Part shown: positions 27,489-37,033 of the stretch, piece after piece
How the letters are laid out: each line of letters opens with the position of its first letter
Position numbering within the stretch: the stretch's first letter is position 1
Assembly (NCBI GenBank): GCA_007376295.1
Contig: VMGB01000001.1
Location: forward strand, 5,030 to 69,029
DNA: 64,000 nucleotides
Reading direction: 5' to 3'
Origin: Parcubacteria group bacterium Gr01-1014_13
GTDB lineage: Bacteria; Patescibacteriota; Patescibacteriia; Magasanikbacterales; GWA2-37-8
Made by a program: the position numbers and the translations under genes
Notes under the pieces: generated by a model
Seen by the model: only the letters and a program-made list of their open reading frames with translations
Databases searched by the model: none
What the model was told of the DNA's origin: nothing

Positions 27489-28703
27489 ATGCGTATTTTG
27501 CAAATAAATAAATTTTTTTATCGCCGGGGTGGAGTAGAGGTAGTTTTTTTTGACACTATCAAAGGTTTGCGTGAGCGCGGTCATGAAGTGAGTGAGTTTT
27601 CCATGATTTCTCCGGGCAATTTAGCGTCGGATTATTCGGCTTACTTCGCTTCCGCGATTCCAGAACTGGTTGGAAAAAATAATCTAGCAGCCCAGTGGAA
27701 AATTTTTAAACGTCTTTTTTATTCTGCTGAAATTGAAAAAAAGTTAAAAGCTCTTATTTTGGCAAATGAACCCCACGTAGCCCATCTGCATGGTGTTTAT
27801 CACCATTTATCAGCCAGTACTTTTACCGAGCTATATAATATGAAAATACCGATGGTTCTGACCCTGCATGATTTTTTTCCACTTTCTCCCAGTCGAAATT
27901 TCTTACATGGTGAAACTTTGGATGAAAGTATTTATAAAAATAAATTTTACAACTGTATCCGTTACCGGTGTATCAATAATAAATTGATACCCAGTGTGGC
28001 CGGTACTTTGGAAGCCTACTATTATCGTTTAAAAAAGATTTGGCAAAGAATAGATCTGTATGTTTGCCCCAGCCAATTTATGGCTGATAAATTTGTAGAA
28101 TATGGTTTTCCGGCAGAAAAAATGCGAGTTGTGCCAAATCCACTTAAATCGCAAGAGGTTGTGCCGCCACTAGGAAACAAAATTGTTTATCTGGGACGTA
28201 TTCATTATGAAAAGGGTATAAAAACTCTGATGGAAGCGGCCAAAGAATTGCGCGATTATAAAATGATGGTGGTAGGTAGTGGTCCCGAAGACGCGTGGGT
28301 GCAGGAGTTTGCGCGCAAAAATATTCTTTCCAATATAGAGAGAATCAGTTGGGTCGGCGGAGAGTCGTGGCAACAGGTGATGCGAGAAGCAAAAGTAATC
28401 GTGGTGCCATCTTTATTTTATGAAAATTGTTCGATGGGTATTTTGGAAGCCCTTAGTTATGGCCGGATTGTAGTAGCGGTGGATAGAGGCGGCAATCCCG
28501 AGCTTATAAAAGACGGTATTAACGGGTTTTTGTGCAAACCTGAAGATCCAACTGATTTAGCCAGAGTTATTCGTCGCGCTATGGATACAACTGACGAAGA
28601 AGCAGCGGTTATTTCTGGGAGTGCCATTAAGACTTTAAATCAAAACCATAATCCGGAAGATTACTTTAAGAAATTGGAGGCAATTTATGCAGAGGTAGTG
28701 TAA
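27489..28703 (+). CDS. Glycosyltransferase family 4 (GT-B fold)
   Basis: C-terminal EALSYGRIVVAVDRGGNPELIKDGINGFL, the E-x7-E-type GT4 motif. Confidence 0.85.
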   Translation: MRILQINKFFYRRGGVEVVFFDTIKGLRERGHEVSEFSMISPGNLASDYSAYFASAIPELVGKNNLAAQWKIFKRLFYSAEIEKKLKALILANEPHVAHLHGVYHHLSASTFTELYNMKIPMVLTLHDFFPLSPSRNFLHGETLDESIYKNKFYNCIRYRCINNKLIPSVAGTLEAYYYRLKKIWQRIDLYVCPSQFMADKFVEYGFPAEKMRVVPNPLKSQEVVPPLGNKIVYLGRIHYEKGIKTLMEAAKELRDYKMMVVGSGPEDAWVQEFARKNILSNIERISWVGGESWQQVMREAKVIVVPSLFYENCSMGILEALSYGRIVVAVDRGGNPELIKDGINGFLCKPEDPTDLARVIRRAMDTTDEEAAVISGSAIKTLNQNHNPEDYFKKLEAIYAEVV

Positions 28704-28711
28704 ACTAAATT

Positions 28712-28740
28712 AAAAAATCACTCATGATGAGTGATTTTTT
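28712..28740. terminator. Bidirectional rho-independent terminator between convergent GT4 genes
   Basis: AAAAAATCACTCATGATGAGTGATTTTTT: a perfect palindrome flanked by an A-run and a T-run. Confidence 0.75.
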
Positions 28741-29899
28741 AGGCCTTGATAGCTTGGAGTTTTTTGAGAACGCCTGGCTTTGCAGAAGAGTAAAGCGCTA
28801 TGGTTTGGCTAGTAATATCTTTCCAGTTATATTTTTTTTCTACCAGCGCTTTATTTTTTATTCCTCTTTCTTTCAACAGTTCTGGGTTTTGCATCAGTTC
28901 AGTAATTTTTTGCGCCAACGAAAGGATGTTGGTATTGCAGAACCAAAAATGTTCGTCGCTGATTACTTCTCTATGTTCGGAGATATCTGAAACTAGCACT
29001 GGTCGCGCATGACTCATGGCCTGCAAGACAGTAATTGGCAAACCTTCATTTTCTGATGGATGTACCAGCAAGGCGGAATTGGCGTACAGCTCTTCTAAGG
29101 TGCGGCCTTTTTGCCAGCCGGTAAATATAATACTGTTATCACCGCGGGCGATTTTTTGTAGTTGCATTACGTAATCGTCGGTAAAAGTGGAATCGCCAAC
29201 AATAACTAATTTGTAGTCCTTCAATAATTCAGGATTTTGCTGACGCACAAACTGCCATGCTTCCAATAAATAGTGCACGCCTTTATGTTTTACCAAACGA
29301 GAAACCATTAACAAATATTTTCCCGGCACAATATCCCACTGATCAAGCAGTGAGGAGTTTTGAGGTTCGGCCGGGGTTACCCCGTTGGGAATGTAAGTAG
29401 TTGCTTTTTGATACTCATTCAAACAATAATTTCTAATTGTTTTGGATACCGAAATAGTTTGGTGAGCAAAAGTGCATCCAGCCAATTCACCGATACGAAG
29501 CATTAAGCGGGCAAAAATTCCCCATTTTTGATGGTAGCGATCCAGACAATGTAGAGTTACTACTACCTTGGTTTTGGGAGTTAGAATTCTCGGTATCCAG
29601 CAAAGCAATGCTGGTCCCACACCGTGGTAGTGAATAACATCTAGCTTTTGGAAAAGCGCATGAATTGTAGAAGTAAAAGTATGGAAAATAGCGTCGAAAT
29701 TTTTGGCATGCAAAGTAGGCGTATGTACGATTTGTACACCGTGGTAATTAGTGATGTTTTTTGGCGTATACCAGGCTCGGGCGTATACCACAACATTATG
29801 GCCTTGTTTGGCCAATTCTAGCGACAATTCTTCTACATGGCGTTCTATGCCTCCGTAGACGGCTGGTATGCCTTTTTGTCCTATCATTGCTATACGCAT
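28739..29899 (-). CDS. Glycosyltransferase family 4
   Basis: MRIAMIGQKGIPAVYGGIERHVEEL N-terminus and a GT4 C-terminal motif (ENEGLPITVLQAMSHARPVLVSD). Confidence 0.85.
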   Translation of the reverse strand: MRIAMIGQKGIPAVYGGIERHVEELSLELAKQGHNVVVYARAWYTPKNITNYHGVQIVHTPTLHAKNFDAIFHTFTSTIHALFQKLDVIHYHGVGPALLCWIPRILTPKTKVVVTLHCLDRYHQKWGIFARLMLRIGELAGCTFAHQTISVSKTIRNYCLNEYQKATTYIPNGVTPAEPQNSSLLDQWDIVPGKYLLMVSRLVKHKGVHYLLEAWQFVRQQNPELLKDYKLVIVGDSTFTDDYVMQLQKIARGDNSIIFTGWQKGRTLEELYANSALLVHPSENEGLPITVLQAMSHARPVLVSDISEHREVISDEHFWFCNTNILSLAQKITELMQNPELLKERGIKNKALVEKKYNWKDITSQTIALYSSAKPGVLKKLQAIKA

Positions 29900-29919
29900 A
29901 TTTTTATATTTAACCGTAA

Positions 29920-29948
29920 ACTATATCATATTTTAGGGGTTTTGTCAA
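29920..29948 (-). promoter_or_regulatory. Sigma70-like promoter TTGACA-17-TATAGT for the minus-strand GT4 gene. The -35 element sits inside a 7-bp hairpin.
   Basis: Minus strand reads gggTTGACAaaacccctaaaatatgaTATAGT. The hairpin is aggggtt..aacccct. Confidence 0.5.
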
Positions 29949-29973
29949 CCCCTAAATCAGCGTGTTTTTAGTG

Positions 29974-30010
29974 AATTAAAAATCCATCCAGATTAGGTTC
30001 TGGATGGATT
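29974..30010 (-). terminator. Rho-independent terminator for the minus-strand small ORF pair
   Basis: 12-bp perfect stem aatccatccaga/tctggatggatt followed on the minus strand by TTTTT. Confidence 0.65.
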
Positions 30011-30023
30011 GAAAGCGGTGTAT

Positions 30024-30257
30024 TTATGTAAGTTGTAAGTTGGAAAATCGCACAAGGCGGTAGGTGTTGTCCCAGTCACGAACATCTGGGTAAGCGGTTA
30101 CACACCACCAAGTGACATTTTGTTTATTCATCCCTCGAATACGACCGTCTTCTTTTCCATCTTGGCCTGTTTTCCACATGGGAAAGAGGAGGATGTTTTT
30201 CGAGTACTTATCTGGAATTTGGTCTCTATGGCGCAACAAGATCTCGCCATCCTTCAT
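30024..30257 (-). CDS. Hypothetical small protein (77 aa), second ORF of an ATGA-overlapping pair
   Basis: ORF with its own downstream terminator. Its start codon overlaps the upstream ORF's stop codon (ATGA). No family recognised. Confidence 0.3.
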   Translation of the reverse strand: MKDGEILLRHRDQIPDKYSKNILLFPMWKTGQDGKEDGRIRGMNKQNVTWWCVTAYPDVRDWDNTYRLVRFSNLQLT

Positions 30258-30448
30258 AGTCTCATGCTTGCGCCGATTATTGTGGCCCGAGCGAGCATGG
30301 TTTGGGTATTAATTGGACCTTCTCCGGGTCCATGAATACGATAGATTTCACAGGTGCATCCGCCTATTGAAAATTTTCCGTCCATTGGTGGAAGTATAGT
30401 TTGAGAAGGCGGAGATGTTTTCGATTGTTTCGCAGGTGGCATGGCCAT
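30254..30448 (-). CDS. Hypothetical small protein (64 aa), first ORF of the overlapping pair
   Basis: A GGAG lies 5 nt upstream of the ATG. Possibly translationally coupled with 30024..30257, or both may be halves of a frameshifted gene. Confidence 0.3.
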   Translation of the reverse strand: MAMPPAKQSKTSPPSQTILPPMDGKFSIGGCTCEIYRIHGPGEGPINTQTMLARATIIGASMRL

Positions 30449-30576
30449 TTCTCCATTTTTCTTTTGTTGAAATTTCCAAAGGAGCTAGAGTAGTTTTATC
30501 ACAAGCGACCAGTTTGTCAAGTTGAAAGTTGGTTTTGTTCTGGATGCACCGGCAGTTATATGATAAAATTTATTAT

Positions 30577-31992
30577 ATGTCTAAAGATTTAAAACCTTTC
30601 CCTCCGTCGTTAAGTATAACAAAAATTTTAGGCCCTAGCTTTGTAATTTTGGCTCTTGGTTTAGGCTCTGGCGAGGTAATCCTCTGGCCATATTTGGTTG
30701 CCAATTATGGTTTGGGGATCGCTTGGGGTGCAATTTTGGGCATCACTTTTCAGTTTTTTATAAACATGGAAATAGAGCGCTATGCATTGGTAAAAGGAGA
30801 GAGTGTGTTTGTCGGCATAGCCAAAATTTTTCCACATTCTGTTTATTGGTTTATAATTTCTACTTTTATCGGTTTTGGTTTGCCGGGGATTGTGGCCGCT
30901 TCGGCCAAAGTTTTGGCGGCCGTGTTGGGTATAGTCAATTTTAAATGGTTGGCCATAGTGATGCTTTTAGTTATTGGCCTGTTACTAAGCGTTGGCAAAA
31001 CTGTATATGGAACAATGGAAAAAATCACTAAAGGTATTATTTTAATAGGCGTACCTTTTATATTTATACTCACCGTATTTTTAAGTTCCAAAAATGATTG
31101 GTCTTCTTTGGCCAGCGGCCTAATTGGTAATGGCGACGGTTTTTGGTTTTTGCCCGCAGGGATAAGCTTGGCTACATTTTTTGCCGCTTTTGCCTATTCG
31201 GGGGCAGGAGGCAATTTAAATCTTACTCAATCCATATATATAAAAGAAAAGGGTTATGGTATGGGTAAGTACTCCCAAAAAATAGCGGGTCTTTTTCGTG
31301 GCAATTCCAAAGAAGCAAGGCAGGTAAAGTTGTCCGGCGAGGATTTTGAGGCAAACGAAGAAAATATCTCCAGTTTTAAAGCATGGTGGAAAGTTATAAA
31401 TCAGGAGCACTTTATCGTATTTTTGTTTATTGGGGCTTTATCCATGATGTTGTTAATGCTCCTGTCTTTTACTACCACGTATGGTTTAAGCGGTAACGCC
31501 GAAGGAATTAACTTCGTGATAAATGAAGGCAGGGTAATCGGACAAAATTTAATACCAATAGCCGGCACCCTGTTTTTGTTAGTTGTATCCGTAATGCTGT
31601 TTCAAACCCAGCTTGGGGTGATGGACTCTACCAGCCGCATTATGGCCGAAAATGTGGCTATCGCCAGATTAAAAAAAATTCCTGATGGTAAAATTAATTT
31701 ATCCAAAATTTATTATTTATTTCTTTGGGCTCAAATTGCTTTTGGTATTGTTTTATTTTTACTGAATATTCATGAGCCCAAAACTTTGATTGTACTGGGC
31801 GCGGTTATTAATGCTTTTGCTATGTTTGTGCATACTGGTTTGGTGTACTGGTTAAACCATAAAAGTTTGCCGGTTATTTTTCGTCCCGGTTTATTTAGGA
31901 AAATAGCTATATTAGTAATATTTCTGTTTTTTGGTTTTTTCAGCGCCGTTGTTCTTTTAGATCAATTAGGATTATTTCATTTTAAAATATAG
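30577..31992 (+). CDS. Nramp/MntH-like divalent metal transporter (APC superfamily), about 11 TM segments
   Basis: N-terminal ILGPSFVILALGLGSGEVILWPYLVANYGLGIAWGAIL resembles the Nramp consensus. The start is taken at the ATG at 30577 (MSKDLKPF). Confidence 0.65.
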   Translation: MSKDLKPFPPSLSITKILGPSFVILALGLGSGEVILWPYLVANYGLGIAWGAILGITFQFFINMEIERYALVKGESVFVGIAKIFPHSVYWFIISTFIGFGLPGIVAASAKVLAAVLGIVNFKWLAIVMLLVIGLLLSVGKTVYGTMEKITKGIILIGVPFIFILTVFLSSKNDWSSLASGLIGNGDGFWFLPAGISLATFFAAFAYSGAGGNLNLTQSIYIKEKGYGMGKYSQKIAGLFRGNSKEARQVKLSGEDFEANEENISSFKAWWKVINQEHFIVFLFIGALSMMLLMLLSFTTTYGLSGNAEGINFVINEGRVIGQNLIPIAGTLFLLVVSVMLFQTQLGVMDSTSRIMAENVAIARLKKIPDGKINLSKIYYLFLWAQIAFGIVLFLLNIHEPKTLIVLGAVINAFAMFVHTGLVYWLNHKSLPVIFRPGLFRKIAILVIFLFFGFFSAVVLLDQLGLFHFKI

Positions 31993-32000
31993 TTCAATTT

Positions 32001-32930
32001 ATGGTGAATAGTTTATTTATTTTCATTGCAGCGCTTTTTTTGGTAATAAAAGGGGCTACCGTTGCCGCCAAATATGCCGCTCGGTTGGCGGAAAGTTTTC
32101 CGTTGTCAAAATATACAATTGGTTTTATTGTCATAGCCATCATTTCAATCTTGCCCGAGACTTTTATTGCTATCAATTCCTCTTTAGCCGGAATGCCTTC
32201 GTTTGGTTTGGGTACTCTGTTTGGGTCCAATGTTGCTGACATGACTTTAGTTTTTACAATAATCATTTTGTTTGCCGGTCGGGGCATAAAAATACGAAGC
32301 AGTATTTTGGGGAAAAATAAAGCTTATCCGTTTTTGCTCCTTTTGCCATTGGTATTGGGCATGGATGGATATTTTTCTAGACCGGAAGGAATAGCCCTGA
32401 TAATTTTTGGCGGAGCATTTTATTATACGGCCTTTAGAAACGGTATGGACAGGTCGGTTTCTTTAAGCAATAAAAATAACCGCTATAAAAATTTTTTCAT
32501 GCTTTTCCTCGGTATGGCTATATTACTAGTCGGGGCTCATTTTACCGTGAATTCGGCCGTGGTATTTGCTAATATGTTGAAAATAAATCCGATTCTTATC
32601 GGTATGTTGGTGGTAGGTTTGGGCACTACTATGCCGGAATTATTTTTTGCCTTAAAGTCTGTGAGGGAGCGCGATGACGATTTGGCGGTAGGAGATATTT
32701 TAGGTACAGTGTTGGCTGACTCCACCGTAGTGGTAGGTATTTTGGCAGTAATTAATCCATTTTCTTTCCCGCAAAGAATTATCTACATTACCGGCTTATT
32801 TATGGTGTTGGCCTCGGTTATTTTGTTTATCTGTATGCGTTCTGGACGGGTTCTTTCCAAACGGGAAAGTTACGCACTTTTGATTTTTTGGCTGACATTT
32901 GTTTTGGTGGAATTTTTGGCTAACAGGTAA
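32001..32930 (+). CDS. Na+/Ca2+ exchanger (CaCA/YrbG-like) membrane protein
   Basis: Two alpha-repeat motifs: GFIVIAIISILPETFIAI and GMLVVGLGTTMPELFFAL. Confidence 0.8.
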   Translation: MVNSLFIFIAALFLVIKGATVAAKYAARLAESFPLSKYTIGFIVIAIISILPETFIAINSSLAGMPSFGLGTLFGSNVADMTLVFTIIILFAGRGIKIRSSILGKNKAYPFLLLLPLVLGMDGYFSRPEGIALIIFGGAFYYTAFRNGMDRSVSLSNKNNRYKNFFMLFLGMAILLVGAHFTVNSAVVFANMLKINPILIGMLVVGLGTTMPELFFALKSVRERDDDLAVGDILGTVLADSTVVVGILAVINPFSFPQRIIYITGLFMVLASVILFICMRSGRVLSKRESYALLIFWLTFVLVEFLANR

Positions 32931-33000
32931 TTACTTGTTAATTTTGTCATCCTTGCTATACTATAACCTGTCTTAAATTTTAGTAGCTAATAGCTTTATT

Positions 33001-33921
33001 ATGGACGCTCAAACATCCCTGTGGATTTTATTCGCGGTTATAATCGTGGGTTTTTTAATTTTTGATCTTGGTTATGCCAACAGAAAAAGCCATAAGATTG
33101 AATTGAAACCGGCGCTTAACCAATCTTTATTTTGGATAGCAATTTCTCTCGGTTTCGGATTTTTGATTTTTATATTTCTAAGTAAAGAGCTGGCCGCTGA
33201 GTTTCTCAGCGCTTACGTTACTGAAAAGATGCTGTCCGTGGATAATTTATTTGTTATCATGCTTATTTTTAGTTATTTCAAGCTGGAAGAAAAATATCAT
33301 CACCGGGTATTGTTTTGGGGAATTATGGGCGCAGTAGTTTTCCGCGCGGTATTTATCGGGGCAGGTTCGATTATAATTAGCCAGTTTCACTGGGTGCTGT
33401 ATATTTTTGGCGCCCTGCTTATATACACCGGCATAAAATTGTTGCGTGATAAAAAAGAAGAGCATATTAATTTTGAAAATAATAAAATTATTAAGCTTGC
33501 CAAAAAATATCTTCCCTTTTCCGTCAATCATCACAATGGCAAGTTTTTTTGCAGAGAAACCGGGAAGTTTCTTTTTACTTCGTTATTTTTAATCATGTTG
33601 CTCGTAGAAGCTACGGATATAGTTTTTGCTGTTGATTCTATACCGGCGGTGTTTGCTATTTCTCAAAATATTTTCATTGTTTTTACTTCAAACATTTTTG
33701 CTATTATGGGTCTTCGTGCGCTGTTTTTTCTCATTGAGAGTGTTTTGCACAGGTTTCATCATTTGCAGAAAGGTTTGGCCTTTATACTTCTGTTTATTGG
33801 TTTAAAGATGCTGCTTGGCATATTTGATCTGCATATTTCTTCCCTTGTCTCATTTGGCATCATTATGTTGGCGCTGGGATTGTCTATGGTTTTGTCTGTA
33901 ATTTTCCCTAAGAAAATTTGA
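33001..33921 (+). CDS. TerC family integral membrane protein
   Basis: LSVDNLFVIMLIF and the duplicated DSIPAVFAISQNIFIVFTSNIFAIMGLRALFF pattern of TerC. Confidence 0.8.
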   Translation: MDAQTSLWILFAVIIVGFLIFDLGYANRKSHKIELKPALNQSLFWIAISLGFGFLIFIFLSKELAAEFLSAYVTEKMLSVDNLFVIMLIFSYFKLEEKYHHRVLFWGIMGAVVFRAVFIGAGSIIISQFHWVLYIFGALLIYTGIKLLRDKKEEHINFENNKIIKLAKKYLPFSVNHHNGKFFCRETGKFLFTSLFLIMLLVEATDIVFAVDSIPAVFAISQNIFIVFTSNIFAIMGLRALFFLIESVLHRFHHLQKGLAFILLFIGLKMLLGIFDLHISSLVSFGIIMLALGLSMVLSVIFPKKI

Positions 33922-33937
33922 TAATTACAATAAATAA

Positions 33938-33978
33938 TAAAAAAGAGCGGTCCCGATTAATTCGGGGCCGCTTGTTTT
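33938..33978. terminator. Bidirectional terminator hairpin between convergent TerC and metalloprotease genes
   Basis: agcggtcccga/ttcggggccgct stem flanked by an A-run and a T-run. Confidence 0.6.
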
Positions 33979-33998
33979 AAAGAACTATTTTTCGGTGG

Positions 33999-34982
33999 CT
34001 ATGGCGGATCCATCTGGCTCCGGCTGACTAGCCATTCCACGATATCTGGGTCGTTTCCGCCGAGTCGTAAGTACTCTTTGTAATGCCGGCTGGCTCGCTC
34101 TACATCGTGAGTTATTTCTTGATAAGCCTGGCCAATAAGTCTGTGTGTGAACTTTGGGTCTTTGGCAACAGCAATTGCTTTGGCAAAACGGTCTTCAGCA
34201 TCTTGTGGTTGGTTATGAAGGTAAAGTAGTCCAAAATTAAAATAAAGATTTGGTTTGTCATTTGATTTCTCTACAGCCCGCATCAAGTTTTCTGCAGCCT
34301 CTTTTTTTTGTCCAATATTTTTCAAGGCCATGCTTAAGCGACGGTAGTAGAGCGCTTCGTTTGGAGCCAGAGCAATTGCTTCGCGATACATAGCGATTGC
34401 CTGGTGAAAGTAGCGATAGAAAAACAAACCTTCTGCGAGAGCGAAACGCTCTTTCGCGCTTCCTGGCCGAACTTTTAATTCATGGTCTGCCCATTTTTGG
34501 CAATGTGTACACAGAATGTCGCTAGATTGTCTTTCGTTCATTGCACAGTCAGTATTAACGCAGTGTTTGAGGCAAAGAGTGTGGCCAAATTCATGTATGA
34601 TTAAGTGGCAGGAGAGAGCGTCTCGATGATGTTTTTTTTCGAATGGCGGTACGCTATAAACCGCTGACTTATTGCATGCGTCGGCGAAACCATGGCAGGG
34701 TTGATTATCAGAATTTTCTAGATTCTTTTCTGTAATCCCCATGATTCGTTGGGCATTTTCCGGTAATTGGGAAAATATAAAGCCCAATATCTCATGGCTC
34801 TGGTAGTAATTTCTTTCAGCGTTAAAGTATTGAGACGGAACCTTTGTTGCGGGTAGAATTACTGTATTTAGTCTAAAGTCACGTTCTAGAACTAATTTTG
34901 TTAATTTGATCTGCCAGTCAGAAATGTCGCCAAGAGGTAGAATAGCCACAGTAAATTGTGAAATAGCGTCTTTTGTACTCAT
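33999..34982 (-). CDS. Archaemetzincin-like zinc metalloprotease (peptidase M54) fused to C-terminal TPR repeats
   Basis: HEFGHTLCLKHCVNTDCAM, the HExxHxxGxxHCxxxxC archaemetzincin signature. The C-terminal half has TPR-like AIAMYREAIALAPNEALYYRRL and AEDRFAKAIAVA. Confidence 0.8.
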   Translation of the reverse strand: MSTKDAISQFTVAILPLGDISDWQIKLTKLVLERDFRLNTVILPATKVPSQYFNAERNYYQSHEILGFIFSQLPENAQRIMGITEKNLENSDNQPCHGFADACNKSAVYSVPPFEKKHHRDALSCHLIIHEFGHTLCLKHCVNTDCAMNERQSSDILCTHCQKWADHELKVRPGSAKERFALAEGLFFYRYFHQAIAMYREAIALAPNEALYYRRLSMALKNIGQKKEAAENLMRAVEKSNDKPNLYFNFGLLYLHNQPQDAEDRFAKAIAVAKDPKFTHRLIGQAYQEITHDVERASRHYKEYLRLGGNDPDIVEWLVSRSQMDPP

Positions 34983-35134
34983 TTTACTCCCACTTCTTTA
35001 CTTGTTAAGTATAGCGTAGTCCAGCTGCGTATTTTGTCAAATTTAGAGGCGCCCATTGACTTTTTGCTTAAAGAGGAGTAAGCTTGCCTATTCGGTATTA
35101 TTTACCCCGCCAAGGAGGGGATTTATCAATAGGT

Positions 35135-35713
35135 ATGAAGAATTTTTTTAAAGGCAATAAGCACGGTGGTAAAAGAGGATTTGGCGACCGAGACAGTGGC
35201 AGACCAGCAATGATGCACAAGGCTACTTGTAGCAACTGCAGTAAAGAATGCCAGCTTCCTTTCAGACCAAACGGCAACAGAGCTGTTTTTTGCAGCACCT
35301 GTTTTGAAGATCAAAAAAATGAGAATCCGGACAGAGCCGAAAGAAAAAGTTTTGGCAAACCAAGATTTGAGGACAAAAAAGTATTTGAGGCTGTCTGTGG
35401 TAACTGCGGTGATAACTGCTTGGTTCCATTTCGTCCATTCCCTGGCAAACCTGTTTTCTGCAAGAAATGTTTTGCCAAGGACGATAAGGTTGTAAATCAT
35501 ATTGTAAAGCCTGATAATTCCAGCAACAAAAATATTGAACAGCTCAAATCTCAAATCGAGATGTTAAATATCAAGCTTGATAGAATATTACGAATGCTGA
35601 CTCCAGAAACAGAACGCGCAGAAGAAGATGAAGGAGAGATGGATGAAGAAGAAGTTGAGTTGGAAAAAATGAAGAAAAAAGTTATTAAAAAGGCAAAGAA
35701 AGTAAAGGTGTAA
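35135..35713 (+). CDS. Tandem zinc-ribbon protein (two C-x2-C...PFRP...PVFC-x2-CF units, zf-trcl-like) with a coiled-coil and a Lys/Glu-rich tail
   Basis: ATCSNCSKECQLPFRPNGNRAVFCSTCF and AVCGNCGDNCLVPFRPFPGKPVFCKKCF. The start is taken at internal ATG 35135 (MKNFFKGNKHGG). The family assignment is tentative. Confidence 0.55.
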   Translation: MKNFFKGNKHGGKRGFGDRDSGRPAMMHKATCSNCSKECQLPFRPNGNRAVFCSTCFEDQKNENPDRAERKSFGKPRFEDKKVFEAVCGNCGDNCLVPFRPFPGKPVFCKKCFAKDDKVVNHIVKPDNSSNKNIEQLKSQIEMLNIKLDRILRMLTPETERAEEDEGEMDEEEVELEKMKKKVIKKAKKVKV

Positions 35714-35732
35714 AATTTAAAATTAAATAAAG

Positions 35733-35770
35733 AACCCGCCGGCGCAAAGCGTCGAGCGGGTTTTTTGTTT
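35733..35770. terminator. Terminator hairpin between convergent genes
   Basis: cccgcc(ggcgcaaagcgtcga)gcggg followed by TTTTTTGTTTT. Confidence 0.6.
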
Positions 35771-35776
35771 TCAAAT

Positions 35777-36415
35777 TTAGTTGTCAGCGAAAATTTTTTC
35801 TGAGTGGCGGAGACCGTCAAAGAGTTCTTTGACGATAGCCTTTCCTCTGTCTTCTTCAAATTTATAGCGTGTTTGTTTGGAAAGTTCTTTGTACCGTTGG
35901 TACCACTCTGTTTTATTGGCAGACAAGTCTGCGGCCAACATCTGCTGAAAGAGTTTTATACCATCTAGCGTATTGGCTCCTCCAAGTTGTGCCAAGCCCT
36001 CACATATTTCAAAGCCATCTGTTAGTAGGGAAGTGGCTTCTTTGGTTATTTTGCCGCCATTGTTGTCATAGATGTGGCCGTGAGCCAACGGTCTTGGGCA
36101 GGTGGGGTTGGTGCAGACTCCAAAGTTGAAAGACGACGAAAAGTTGGGTGGCATTGAAAATCGAATGATCTTGTTGTGTATGCCAGGTATGCTTTCTAGT
36201 TCGGCCATAAGCATATCTTTCAACATTCTTTGCACTTGATCTTCCGCGACCAATTTTTTTTCAAGGAGGTCCTCAAGCGCTATATTCCCAGCCTCAAGGC
36301 TACGGATAAGCCACACTTTTTTGGATTCGGCACCTAGAATCAATCCGTATGGTACGCCTACGGCATCCAGAAGTTTGCAGTGCTCATTATTTTTTACGAA
36401 TCTGATTTTTGCCAT
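35777..36415 (-). CDS. Hypothetical protein (about 213 aa)
   Basis: Long ORF. The start is taken at the ATG at 36415, which is preceded by a GTGAGG SD; the listed 36469 start is TTG. No confident family. Confidence 0.5.
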   Translation of the reverse strand: MAKIRFVKNNEHCKLLDAVGVPYGLILGAESKKVWLIRSLEAGNIALEDLLEKKLVAEDQVQRMLKDMLMAELESIPGIHNKIIRFSMPPNFSSSFNFGVCTNPTCPRPLAHGHIYDNNGGKITKEATSLLTDGFEICEGLAQLGGANTLDGIKLFQQMLAADLSANKTEWYQRYKELSKQTRYKFEEDRGKAIVKELFDGLRHSEKIFADN

Positions 36416-36475
36416 TATGGCCTCACTTGTAGTTAAAAGTAACCTATCATAGTTTAGGCTTTTGGTCAATGGAAG

Positions 36476-36937
36476 CTATTCTATTTTAACAATTTTATAT
36501 TCGACTTCTCTGGTGTTTGTTTTGATTTTAACAACTTCGCCAATTTTGCGCCCCATCAGCGCGGCACCGATAGGGGAGTTGTAGGAAATAATTCCTTTTT
36601 GTGGATTGGTTTCTACAGAGCCGAGGATTTGGTAGGTTTTTTCTTTGCTGCCAGTTTCAACTGTTACGGTGTGTCCCAGTTCAACTTTGTTACTTTGTTT
36701 TTGATGAGTGATAACTACCGCATTTTTTAATTGGTTTTCTATTTTTGTAATACTGTCGTTTATTCCCCGTAATCTGCCTTTGGCAATTTGATACTCCACG
36801 TTTTCCGAAAAATCTCCCAGTTCAGCCAATCTTTTTACTTCCTCCACTCCTCTCGGTCGGCTAATATTTTTTAGTCTATTCAGCTTATTTTTTAATTCCA
36901 AAATTTTCCCTTCAGTGAGAAGGGGGTCGGATTTCAT
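36476..36937 (-). CDS. greA: Transcription elongation factor GreA
   Basis: N-terminal coiled coil LTEGKILELKNKLNRLKN and C-terminal ISYNSPIGAALMGRKIGEVVKIK. The start is taken at internal Met (MKSDPLLT), giving about 153 aa. Confidence 0.88.
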   Translation of the reverse strand: MKSDPLLTEGKILELKNKLNRLKNISRPRGVEEVKRLAELGDFSENVEYQIAKGRLRGINDSITKIENQLKNAVVITHQKQSNKVELGHTVTVETGSKEKTYQILGSVETNPQKGIISYNSPIGAALMGRKIGEVVKIKTNTREVEYKIVKIE

Positions 36938-37033
36938 CTGGCTGTATTTCCCTGGTTTTCTGTAGGGGACTTGCATGGGGTGATTGTAGTCTATTTTGGG
37001 TGTTTTATCAAGATTTTTTTATAAATACGATCT

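Noticed and set aside
30112-30335. Plus-strand small ORFs (66 and 71 aa) in the 29.9-30.5 kb gap
   Set aside because: They have no SD or promoter. The minus-strand pair has a terminator and an SD, so the minus-strand reading was preferred, still with low confidence.
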